The translations under genes were made by a program, and so were the position numbers. From Eledone cirrhosa (taxonomy: Eukaryota), in assembly GCA_964016885.1 (NCBI GenBank), contig OZ024741.1, forward strand, positions 143,716,001 to 143,780,000: 64,000 nucleotides of DNA, given 5' to 3'. This document shows positions 13,511 to 60,875 of the stretch, one piece after another. The number at the start of each line of letters is the position of its first letter. Position 1 is the first letter of the stretch. The notes under the pieces are model-generated. The model ran no database searches. It had not been told where the DNA came from and saw only the letters and a program-made list of their open reading frames with translations.

Positions 13511-14279
13511 CGAGATTGTATATATACACACGCACATTCAACACAGGGAAAGGAGTTAGGAGTTTGTCAACAGGTCAGAATATCTTAGTGTAATGACTTA
13601 AGTGGTGGTGGTGGGGAGCGAGTGTAGACGTTATTGTGGTGGTGGTGGTGGGGGGGGGGGGGGGGGGGGGAGCTGTATCAAGTTCATAGTTCACTTGTCC
13701 CTTTTCCTCTCTTTTCAAAATTTGAATTTATAGCCATTTTGCAATGGGGGACAAGTAAGCTTAAAATATAAAATTTTTAAATAGAGATTGCTCTGGAAAA
13801 GTATATGGAATATTTCTGTTGCTTCCACAGCTTTTGTCAGAACATTTCCCTGGAGTCCAATGAGCAAAAATGTTGTTGTATTTTGATCTTTCAGAATACG
13901 AAAATTAATAAAAACTTACCCCCACGAAAAATATATATATATATATATTTACACACCCATTTATCATCATCAACATTTAATATCCATTTCCATGCTTGCA
14001 TGGGTTAGATGGGTTATCATGTTATGAGACAAGTCAGGTGAGCAAGTCTTGCTTATATGGATCTGTATTTTGGCTGTTTCTATGACTGAATACCCTTCCT
14101 AATGCCAACTCCATTACAGTGTGGACTGGGTGCTTTTTTGTCGGGTCACCAGCACGATCACCTTACAGGGTGGACTGGGCTCTTTTTGTCATGTCCACAG
14201 TATGACCACTTCACAGGGTAGAGTGGGTACTCTATTTTCATGTCACCAACACTACCACTATATATATGCCTATGCTTGA

Positions 14280-14725
14280 GCTAGGCCAAGTTTGCAAATC
14301 AGTAGGCCCTGATGTCAATATCTGTCTTTTGAGCTATGGCCATATCCTCGGAGTTGAGACCTTCTTTTATCAAGGCTATGTAGGCGTCAGAGTCAATAGG
14401 GGCTTTAGCGAGTGTATCAAAAATTGGGTTGCTTTTTCCAGATATGTGCTGAATGTCTGTAGTGTATTCAGAAATGGCTAATAACTGTCACTGCTGATGT
14501 GTAGACCATAGCTCCTACAGCTTGTTCATAGTGAAGGTGAGGGGCTTGTGTTCTGTGAAAATTGGGAAAGGACAACCTTCCAAGAAAATACTGAAGGTGT
14601 CAAACACCTAAATGAGTGGCTCGCAGTTTCCTGTTGAAAGTATTATATTTCTGTTCAGGTGGTCAATGTTGTAATTGAAGAAAGGTCACCACTGTTCATT
14701 GAAAAACACCTGAATTGAGGACTCA
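14280..14725 (-). mobile_element. Ty3/Gypsy pol RNase H relic
   Basis: FLEGCPFPIFTEHKPLTF...ISEYTTDIQHISGKSNPIFDTL with stops and frameshifts. Confidence 0.85.
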
Positions 14726-15814
14726 AAGAAGTATACAAGTAGGTTTGCATACTCCAGAGTATATTTATAATAATGAAGTACAAGTCAACAGGTTAGTATT
14801 TACTTCATTTATTCATTATACAATCACTGTTATATATACTTCAATGATGACTGTTATGCAACAGTTATGACCTCACCAGACAGCTAATAGTTGAACATAA
14901 AAACATGAAGAAAAAATGAAAATTAAAAATTACTCAATTAATTGATATGTCTGATCATTGGTGTTGCTTTCTCAAAGCACTGGTGACATGACATATCATC
15001 ATCATCATCATCGTTTAACGTCCATGTTCCACGCTTGCATGGGTTTGGACGGGAGTTTTCCCACTTGAGGCAAGAGTGGTTGTCTTGTTCGCATAGGACT
15101 GTCTGGTGGGTTTTCTACAGCTGGATGCCCTTCCTAACACCAACCACATTTACAGTGTGGGGCTGGATCATATATATATATCATGTATATATATATGAGA
15201 GAGAGAGAGAGAGTCCGTACTGCTAAGAACACTAATCATGGGAGTATTCAATGCATGGGGAGATGCAGAGTGGGTATAGAAATATGTAAAATCCCGATCG
15301 CCGCACCATGTGGTTTCAGCTTGTGTGATACATAAGCTGAAATCACTTGGCACCGCGGTCAGAATTTTACATCTCTATCTCTCTATGGTGTGTGTCCGTA
15401 TTTACGTTGACATCTGTGCCTGTGTTTATGTTCCATTACTTAGCAGTGCAACAAAAAGATTGATAAAATAAGTACCCAGTTTGAAAAAAATAAGTACTGG
15501 GTCGATATCGTTAAAAAATCCTTCTTAGGCGATGCCCAAGCATGACTAGTAAAAGAGTGATGTCATTTCCATTGATTCTCTTTCAACCTGCCATTATATA
15601 TTCCTATCTTTCTCTATCTAGCTTGGCCACCAGTTTGCTCAATTTCCCACACATACATATGAAAAAAAAATATATGTAGAGACACTACAACTGACAATAT
15701 GCTGTTATGCACAAACAAACACTGACCTATCTCATAGACATTTGCATAATAAAACACACATTGTAAATTTGAATTCACCTGTATTAATGGGACTATACAA
15801 TGTTTTAAAGCATT

Positions 15815-16880
15815 CTTTTTTTGTTTTTTTCAGAAAGATATATTCTTTTAATGTTACAATATTAAAGAAAATGTAAAGGAAGGGGTGAACAACTGAGCCA
15901 ACACCAGAGCAAAAGACAGCAACGTCGCGAGGAGTACTGGGCAACCTCTCTAATGATTTTTGAGGCAAGCCAACAAACTCGCAACGTTGCCTCAGCTGAT
16001 GCACTGAAACAGCCAAGCGCCCTCGCGACATTCGGCAGTAACCTCTATTAGGCGAGCCGACAGTGAAGAGAGGAACCTCGCAGTCAGCGGTCCGACTCCC
16101 CCAAACGTCTTGAAAGCTACAGGCTGAAAAATGTAGCTGGCCGACTGATCACAGTATTTGAGGGTCTTACTCCGCTCGGCTGTGGCTCTCGTCCTAACCA
16201 CAGCATCCAGGATGTGGGAAAAGGCAAAAGAGTCACTAACAGTGACGTCCCAGACAAGGCACCTGCCTCTCGACCAGGAGCACAGGTAAGGCCGTCAGGT
16301 CTTTTTCCGTCACTTCTGGACAACCCAGATGGTTCCAAGACTGAGGAGATATTCGCCCGGGCCAAAGCTCTCTTCAGAATGAGGTTTAGCTCCGTGTGAC
16401 GCGCGAAGCGGCAAGAAAGACCGTGGAGGTCTGTGGAGTTTGCCGCATCGGCACCTCAAACCCATGCAGACGTCAGCTCCCACTCTAAGGGCGATGGAGA
16501 CACGAAGTTCGTCCAGGCTGAGTAGGCCACCAACGTTGGCCACAGGTAGGGCATCAACCAAGTCGCTTGAGTTTTTGGTGCTGGCAGATAGTAAGCGACA
16601 CCCTGCAAACTGATGTGACTGGATGAAGAGGGAGTCAAAGCTGGCCTTCGAACTTATGCTGTCCCAAGTTCTCTGACTTCGACTGTACTCCACCTTCTCA
16701 GGAGGAGACAAGCCCAACTCACTCCATTGCCGGAGAGCTTCACCCAACTCCCTGTTGGAAATAGTCCATGCTGGAGAGGAGAGGATGCTGCTCACCAGGG
16801 TGGAGGAAAGGAAGCAGGGGAGAGAGAGGGACAAACACTTATGAAGACCAAGATCCCCAAATCGCTTGGGCAACGCAGCC
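15815..16880 (-). mobile_element. 5'-truncated CRE-like non-LTR retrotransposon with restriction-like endonuclease
   Basis: P.R.G.LG, CRCG..H zinc knuckle, LEPSGLSRSDGKRPDGLT, WDV, K..KY, PVAFKTFGGVGP across frameshifts; T-run at 15816-15830 as poly(A) tail. Confidence 0.85.
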
Positions 16881-17739
16881 TGAATTTAAGAATTCATTAA
16901 CTGTGAGGAAAATCTTTCATTCACCACGAAGTACCATGAATAAATTTTTTCTATAAAAAACAACACAAAACAAAACAAAAAAAATCTTATTTTCTTACTA
17001 TGCCGCCGAGGTTAGCTTTGCCTTTCATCCGATAAAATAAAGTACCAGTAACGTACTAGAGCCGATTTAATTGCTCAAATTATTGGCTTTGAGCCTAAAT
17101 CAGAAACCAATACTTGCCTGGCATTCGACATTACTCTTTCTCAAGTTGTGTGTATATATTTTCGAGCGAGGTGGCGGCTTCAGCTGTTTATTTTATATAT
17201 TGGCCCCAGTACTGGACTCATTCATACTGTATTTTATTGGCCTTAAAGAAAAGAAAGAAAAAAATTTTACCAAGCGAAGATTTGAGCTCAGTAAGTGAAG
17301 GGAAGTAACTTAAAACGTTAAGGCATCTTCGTCCAACACTACACAAATTCGGGTATAGATCGACCCGGGTACTTATATATTATCAGACATATTACTTGAC
17401 TAGCAATTATTCATTTTACCCTATCTACATCTGAAGGGTGACAGAAAAGTCGACTCTAGCGGGATTCGAACTCAAAATGTAAAGCGTCGTGTCTAAATAC
17501 TCCAGACCATTTTTGGTCCGAATGCTTTCAATTTTTTTTTGCCATTCACCATCACAATCTCGTTTATAAAAAAAATTCTATACTACCGAAATACCTCCAT
17601 CTCTATAGCATATTAAACGTTTTTAAATAAGCTGACACCTTATTAAACTGAAGAGAAAATGTGATAAAAACTGTTCAGTATATATGGCAATAAAGAAACA
17701 AAAAGAAATAGGAAAAGAAATTAAGCACAATAAAGTGAA

Positions 17740-18166
17740 AGTGGATTTAGCGACAGACTCAACACCCCAGATAAGTAGTATGCTTCAGCTACGCTTCGCA
17801 GCCAAAATGGTGAAAGCATTGCTGCAGAGACTGACCAACGACACCCACTGCAACAACCACCCCACCTCATGGGGTTCCCTCCACAGGTGGGCTGCTCTCT
17901 TTCTGGTTTTACGGAGGAAAACTGTAGTTTGGGGACCCAGGACACTTGAGGTTTCGGCTCGAAAAGGAAGCGTTCGGTCAAGCAGATTTGCGGTCGAAGA
18001 AACAATCATGTCGTAGGCGGAGAACGATTCAACAGATTAAGGATTTACTTTTTTAAATTATAGTGATTTTGTCCATCCGTAGATCCTCATTTAATTAGTC
18101 TTCCCTCCCTTTGTATGCGAAAAGCGGAAGTCGAAAAGATTTCCCAGCATTCAATTCACCAGAAAC
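17740..18166. promoter_or_regulatory. Probable PSMC5 promoter / 5' region, locally GC- and CpG-enriched, with an ETS-type GCGGAAGT motif
   Basis: Non-repetitive, CpG-richer island directly upstream of the ATG; GCGGAAGT at about 18124-18131. Confidence 0.5.
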
Positions 18167-54641
<36,475 letters not shown>

Positions 54642-54694
54642 AGACATTGAAGATAGTTACAGCAGCTACTACTACTACAACTATTACTACTATA

Positions 54695-54700
54695 AATAAA
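54695..54700 (+). terminator. Candidate polyadenylation signal AATAAA (alternative at 55045-55050)
   Basis: AATAAA hexamers downstream of the stop; in AT-rich DNA, so weak evidence. Confidence 0.35.
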
Positions 54701-55089
54701 AAGTATCATCATCTTTGTGAATCACAAGCAAAAAAAGTAGCTGTAATGACAACAGGTAGAACTACAACAGCAACAAGCCAAACTGGAGGATATATATATA
54801 TATATACACACACACGGACACATACAATTGTTAGTGTATATCTATAGATATGCATGTAATACATATATATATATATATATCTGTGTATGCATGTGATTAC
54901 ACATATTTCTATCAGTTGATTCTCAAGAGATATGTAAGGTGGTTGCTATTTTTTCTTTCTTCCTTCATCACATATGTCTTCATTTTAGGGTTATTCTGGA
55001 ATATATATCACTACAACAACAACTAAAAAAATTGTTTAAATTATAATAAAGGCATTATATATATAATGTATCTATACATAACTATGTGT

Positions 55090-55460
55090 TCTCTTATTTA
55101 TTTTTGGAAGTGAAGCATAAGCAGTAAATGCAGAGGGTGGGGAGAAATGAAGTGAACAAGGTTTGTTGGATTTGCAATATTAATATGCAAAGATGGTAAA
55201 GCATGAGTGGGCTGACAGAAAAACTGGGCATAAAAGAAATAAGTAGTGTGCAGAGGAGAAAACTTCACAGGTATGGTCATGTGATGTGTATGATGATTGT
55301 TGGGTGTACCAGGAGTTCCTTGTGGAAGAAAACTTTAGTTGAGGGAGACCAAAGAAGAACTAAGTGTAAATTGTGAGAACTGATCTCAAATCACTGTAGC
55401 AAACTCACAAATGAACTTCTGGAATGAATGGAGGGATACTGTGCTGGAAAAGACGATTAA
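55090..55460 (+). mobile_element. Highly degenerate RTE 3' fragment
   Basis: Residual similarity to RTE C-terminal coding region. Confidence 0.6.
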
Positions 55461-56959
55461 TGTTACCCAGCTTCCCACTGATTCTCTATAGCACACTTTT
55501 TCCATTATATCTGAAGCCACGACAAAAAGTGTTCAGTTCAAACTGAAGTAGTTGTGTAGGTGTCACGGCAAAAAGCATCCAGCCCACACTGTATAGTGGT
55601 TGTGTTGGAAAAAAGACAAAAAGCATCCAGTACACACTATAAATGTGGTTGGTGTTAGGAAGGGCATCTAGCCATAGAAACCAAGCCAAAATCAGTTGTG
55701 TGTGAGCAAAGCATGGTCCTTCGAGATGGATGTTTCAATGGTACAGCATATCCTATCCATGCTAGCATGGAAAATGGATGTTAAAAGATGATAATGATCT
55801 ATGTATGTGTGTTATTTTGTTTATATGTTCATTAGACACTGATATTTAGACAGAATTGTTGAGGTTTGAAAGTTTAAAAAGAATATTTTTCCTTTTTTTT
55901 TTATTCATAGTTTCTGTCTGTCCTTGTATCACTGCCTATTGGTATATCTATCTATTTACCTAGTTATGTAACAACATACCTCCTTAACTACCAACCTACC
56001 TAATTATCTGTCTACCCATCTATCTGTTTGTGTATGTCTGTCTATCCATCTATTTGTCTATATTTCTGTGTTTGTCTGACTATGTTTTACCTATCTGTCA
56101 ATGTAACTCTACAAGCCCTCACCACCACCACTATACACATATATTGGTATCGAGAAAGTCTGAGTATTGAATAATTGTTTCTACTTTAGGCACAAGGCCA
56201 GCAATTACCCAGTCTGAGTATTGAATAATGTGGACTTTGCTTTGAATATATATTATTCTACTCTATTTAATGGCATTGAATTTTGTTCACTGCATTGCAA
56301 TACACACCTTCCTCTCTTTCTCTCTCCCCCTCCCTCTAGGTGAACTAGCTTGTAGATTTAGAAGGGCCTTAGAAGAATAAAAATTTAAGATAGTAAAAAA
56401 GCCAGGAATTCTCAAAGACCATGATCAGAAGAATGTACTCTTTTAAGAAAAGCCCTTGTATGGATAGAAATTGTAGTCTGTAAAGCAAGCCCACAGATAA
56501 ACTGTAAAACTAGAAATGTAGTTTATAGCATAAGATACACAGAGGGACAATGTAGTAAATAGACCACAAATAGGTGATACGGCTTGTAGTATAGGATAAA
56601 TGAGGAAGCAGCATTGGCGAGTCAAGAAAAACTCATGAGTGCTCAACCACCATTTTACATTAGAACATGGGGCTCACTAGAAAACATGCAATGCTTAGAC
56701 AGATTAAGGAAAGGACACATATAACTGAATGTAGGCCGAAACTCAATGGACAACATGAATGGAATAACTTAACAACTGAAGACAACATAAAGACACATAA
56801 ACCCCTGCACACACTTGGAATACAAGAACCGCCGCTACATACATGCATACAAATGCATATAGGTATATAGAATAGAAATAGGATTTAGCTTCAAGCATAG
56901 CTGTATACAGATATGTATAGAAATTTCGTATTTCTAAAGAAACACAGTATGTTTACAGG

Positions 56960-57250
56960 GTAAAACATTTAGGAAGCCGTAGCTATGCAAACGCCCTCAG
57001 GTGGTGTCCAGCAGAGGAGACAACCGTCCATGCATTTCAGACTTGACTGGTCTTCACCAGGACGGTCCCTCCCATGCTTGCAATTGCTGGATATGTATAG
57101 TTACTTATCCGTAAAAGCTGTGTTGCAACGTCTTGTTGATAAACAGGTGTAAGCAGTCAAGAGCATTCCACGTCAGTCGTAATATCCAGCATTAAATGGC
57201 GATCAAACGCAACAGAGTTTCTATGTATGAATCAACGTTAAATATGTTAC
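56960..57250 (+). mobile_element. Possible L1/Tx1 C-terminal zinc-finger relic
   Basis: WCPAEETTVHAF resembles the C..C...ET..H.F motif; very degenerate. Confidence 0.35.
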
Positions 57251-57674
57251 ATAATCGTATTTATTGCATATGTATTTCAATGACGCTAGTGTGGGGCTGT
57301 TATGTGATCATTACAGCAACTGGCACCGGTGTGTCATTATCAGATGTTAACTCAATTATATAAGGGAGTTGATATGCCGCAGGCAAACGCTTCCATGTTT
57401 GCGAAAGTCAAGTGAACATATGACTCCCCAAATGTTTTTTCTTCCTTTCGTTTTCATGTGGTGTTGGTATCTATTTTCTAACTGATGAATACAGTAAACT
57501 CGAGTTTACTCTGAGGACCCGCTAAGGTGAAACAATTGTTCTCAGTATGGTGAACTAACTGTTGTGTAACCACTTCTATATATATATGTACAGAGGTATC
57601 CACTGTAAGTTGTGAGGTCTATTCTGTATGAAGAACTCAATGTAATCCATATGTTGAAAATGTTATAGGTTAAG

Positions 57675-57810
57675 ATTGCTTTTGAAAACAGCTGGTGATA
57701 TGCATGTCAGTAAATATTCTCTCTATCTGATAGTTTGTAAACTTACATAGATCAATAACTGAGTATAGATACAATGTATTATCACCATCTAGAAACGATC
57801 GGAAAGCAGT
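57675..57810 (+). ncRNA. Diverged homologue of the 43359 hammerhead, probably inactive
   Basis: Stem I attgctt/aagcagt, core UUGAAAA, stem II tggtgata/tatcacca, GAAAC-GAUC-GGA. Confidence 0.6.
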
Positions 57811-59082
57811 GAAGTATATCTCTAATGACTTGTTTTTTATTTCATTGTTTTAACTTATATGTATGTATACATACACATACACACACATACATATATATAA
57901 ATATATGAAAAGATTCAGGACCCCGACGGTTGAGCTCCGGCCGTTTCGATAGTTAGATATGGACAGACAAACCTTTTCTCGAAGACATTTTTCGTTTCAA
58001 CCCCTACCCACTCTCCTAGACCTTTCTATATCTTCTTTAATTTTTATTTAGTTTATTTCATAGTTTGTCTGTTTCTAGTTTTGTCTTTGTTGAGAGTGTT
58101 CTTTTTAAAGTTGTTGTTGTTGTGGTTCTTCTTTGCCTTCTCTTTCAACACACGTTTTCAGATAAGAAATCTTGCAAAACAAATTCAAAAACGAATTATC
58201 GTAAGCCTTAGCCAGGCTAACAAGATACTGAAAACCACCATGTTCTGTTGTCTAAAGAAAACAATAACAACTCGACAACTTCCCCTCATAAAACAATGTG
58301 CCTCATCCTGAGTTTAAAAACCAATGTAAGAAGACTCCAACTAACCAAAAGACAAGCTGATAGACTCAAACGAACACTGATTCAAACATAAAAAAGAAAA
58401 TTTACATAGAATTAAGCCAACAAGAAAAACAAAAACGTAACCTAAACAAGAAAAACAAAAACGTAACCTAATACAAGAAATAAATAAGTTCACTACACCA
58501 AGGGAAGAATCAGAATACAAAAACATTATACACGAAGCAGAAAAATATATTATCCAGAAATGCAACAAACATTTTAGCAAGAAATTAACGTGGTTCAAAC
58601 AGATAAAACTAAAACAAAAATCTTCATAAAATAGAAAGAAATACCCAGATAAGCTGGATGGAATAAACATTAACCGACGAGTTCAACAACAACACAAATA
58701 TATACGGCAACACTACTGTTGATCCTGATGTCCATCCTACAGTTACCACCTAAATATGCCACATATAGTAAGGTAAATATGATAGAATGCTTATCTGAGA
58801 TACAAAAACATTTACAAAAATAAGATGGAGACTAAATTAAACAACAAAAATAACATCAACAACACGAACAACGATAACAACACACACAACAACAACATCA
58901 AACACACGCACAACACATACTATGATTCCCATCACAATACACATCCCAACAACAGACACACAGATACAGAAATCAGGTTAGAAAATGACAGCGACACAGA
59001 GGTAGGGACTGTAACAATGAGAGAAATAGAGAAATAGAGAAACAATGACAAATACAGGGGAGATAACCAGGACGAACACCAG

Positions 59083-59573
59083 GACTAGAACTGTTTCATT
59101 CGGGAGAAATCATCAGGAAAGCCGACTGTCAATGTAATATGGTGGTATTTATACATTTTCTGGTGGTAGGAGAGGGTGGTGATTGGGATGGGTGGAGGTC
59201 ATTGGTTGATGAATTTAAAGAAAAGGGATTCTTTAAAAACTATATTTAGAGAAAAATACATAGTGATACAAAGGCAGAAGTAAATTCACGCTAAGTACCT
59301 ATAGACAAACACATTGAGAGGCACTCCTAAATTTTAAGGTTCATTTATTCCAAGCTTGGAATAAATGAATCTTAAAACTTCTGCCTTTGTATCACTATGT
59401 ATTTTTCTCTAAATATAGTTTTTAAAGAATCCCCTTTCTTTAAATTCATCAACCAATGACCTCCACCCATCCCAATCACCACCTGAAAATGTATAAATAC
59501 CACCATATTACATTGACAGTCGGCTTTCCTGATGATTTCTCCCAAATGAAACAGTTCTAGTCTTGTAGAAGCC
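59083..59573. repeat. ~480-bp foldback with hammerhead motifs at the outer ends and a nested 46-bp palindrome
   Basis: Arms 59083-59281 / 59377-59562; CUGAUGA 59529-59535, GAAAC 59548-59552, GUA 59565-59567; inner palindrome 59332-59377. Confidence 0.85.
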
Positions 59574-59689
59574 ATTTCTATATTAAATGAATAAATAAAT
59601 ATGTGTGTGTTATTCTCAGCACGCAAAGCTTACAGGGATCGGATCACCACTTTAGTTAAGTGGAAGTTGACAGGGGATGGATTCATCAA

Positions 59690-60165
59690 CAACAGGTGGT
59701 GGGTGGTGCTCTCATGAGAGACCAAGACGAACGCGTGCTGAACGATTCCAAGCAGATATGTGCGACCTTTCGCCAACCCTGTTCGTGGGGGGCGAGGGGT
59801 CGGAGATGGTGGCGGACTTCAGTTCCCACATCAATGGCTTCCTTCAACTTTCCTCGGTCGATGCAGAGTGCTGCGAAAGGCCGATAACATCAAGCGAAAT
59901 TCGGAATGCTCTAGTCGATTGCACGAAGCCCAAGTCACCCGGTTTGGATGGTGTGCCCTACGTGTTTTACGTAGAAATGTCAGACTTGTTCTCCGATCTC
60001 CTCGAAGCGGTCGACTGCAACTGGCAGCAGAACGGGAGTAGTAACGTTGATGAAGAAAGACGAAAATAAGAGCGATACGTTAGACAATTTCAGGTTCATA
60101 ACTCTGTTAAACACAGAGTTTAAGATTTTGGCCACGGTGTTAGCAATGAGGTTGACGTTTTTCGT
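59690..60165 (+). mobile_element. L1/Tx1-like LINE fragment (linker and start of RT)
   Basis: PITSSEIRNAL...KSPGLDGVPYVFY...DNFRFITLLNTEFKILATVLAMRL. Confidence 0.85.
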
Positions 60166-60659
60166 GTACGCGCCTCGGTGGGATTTGAACTCAGAATGTA
60201 AAGGGCCATAACTCTATGCTGCAAAGCATAGTGTCAGATGCTCTACTGATACTGCCAATTCGTCTTTCACACTCAATCAATTTAAGCTTTAGATTTAGAA
60301 GAATGTACGACCACTGATTCCAGCTATTTGTACTATCATATATTTTGGTTTCTATTAATTCCCTGGGGAATTGGTTGACCAAATGCTTTGTTTAATTGTT
60401 TTATTTATTAAAGAAAATTTTACTCTTTCTCTTAGACTTCAGGTATTTTTTGAAAGCAAAGCATTGGCCCCTAAAATACTACAGTGGGCCCTGCGATGCT
60501 ACTGCGGTCCACTTGCCATTGGGTAACCTGGTCAGTCCGCCACTGCATATATATATATATATATACTGAACTGAACTGTAGGTTTCCAGGAGAAGAATCA
60601 AGTGCCTACCCCACCCAAAACTCATCCAACGTTCACAGCCATAATTTGTCCATATGCGC

Positions 60660-60875
60660 TGTTGATATCGTTGTTGTTGTTGATCGTGATGATAACGAAG
60701 GTGGTGATAATGATGATGATTATTATGGGGATGATGATATTGATGATGGTGATGATGACGATAGTGATGATAATGATGGTGATGGCGATGATGATGATGG
60801 TGCTACTAATCTGATGATGATGATGATGATAGTGATGATGCTGCTGCTGAGGATGATAGTGATGATGATGATAAT
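60660..60875. repeat. Degenerate (GAT)n microsatellite (similar tract at 33270-33480)
   Basis: Low-complexity GAT/GGT repeats. Confidence 0.9.

Noticed and set aside
13650-13670. 21-nt poly-G as a functional G-quadruplex
   Set aside because: Homopolymer in intergenic repeat context, length unreliable, no supporting evidence
17684-18016. FTSJ3 head-to-head with PSMC5 as in mammals, or a protein from the 110/94/74-aa ORFs
   Set aside because: No FTSJ3 N-terminal motif (DKFYHLAKE, RSRSAFKL) in any minus frame; the ORFs resemble nothing I recognise
57505-57550. Active hammerhead CTGAGGA-CCCGCTAAGGT-GAAAC
   Set aside because: Core present but stem III/cleavage site is mispaired (CUC opposite C15.2) and stem II has only 2 bp; treated as a decayed remnant
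58081-59037. Host gene in the A-rich ORFs
   Set aside because: Fragmented, low-complexity, no splice structure; probably decayed retroelement but not classifiable by eye
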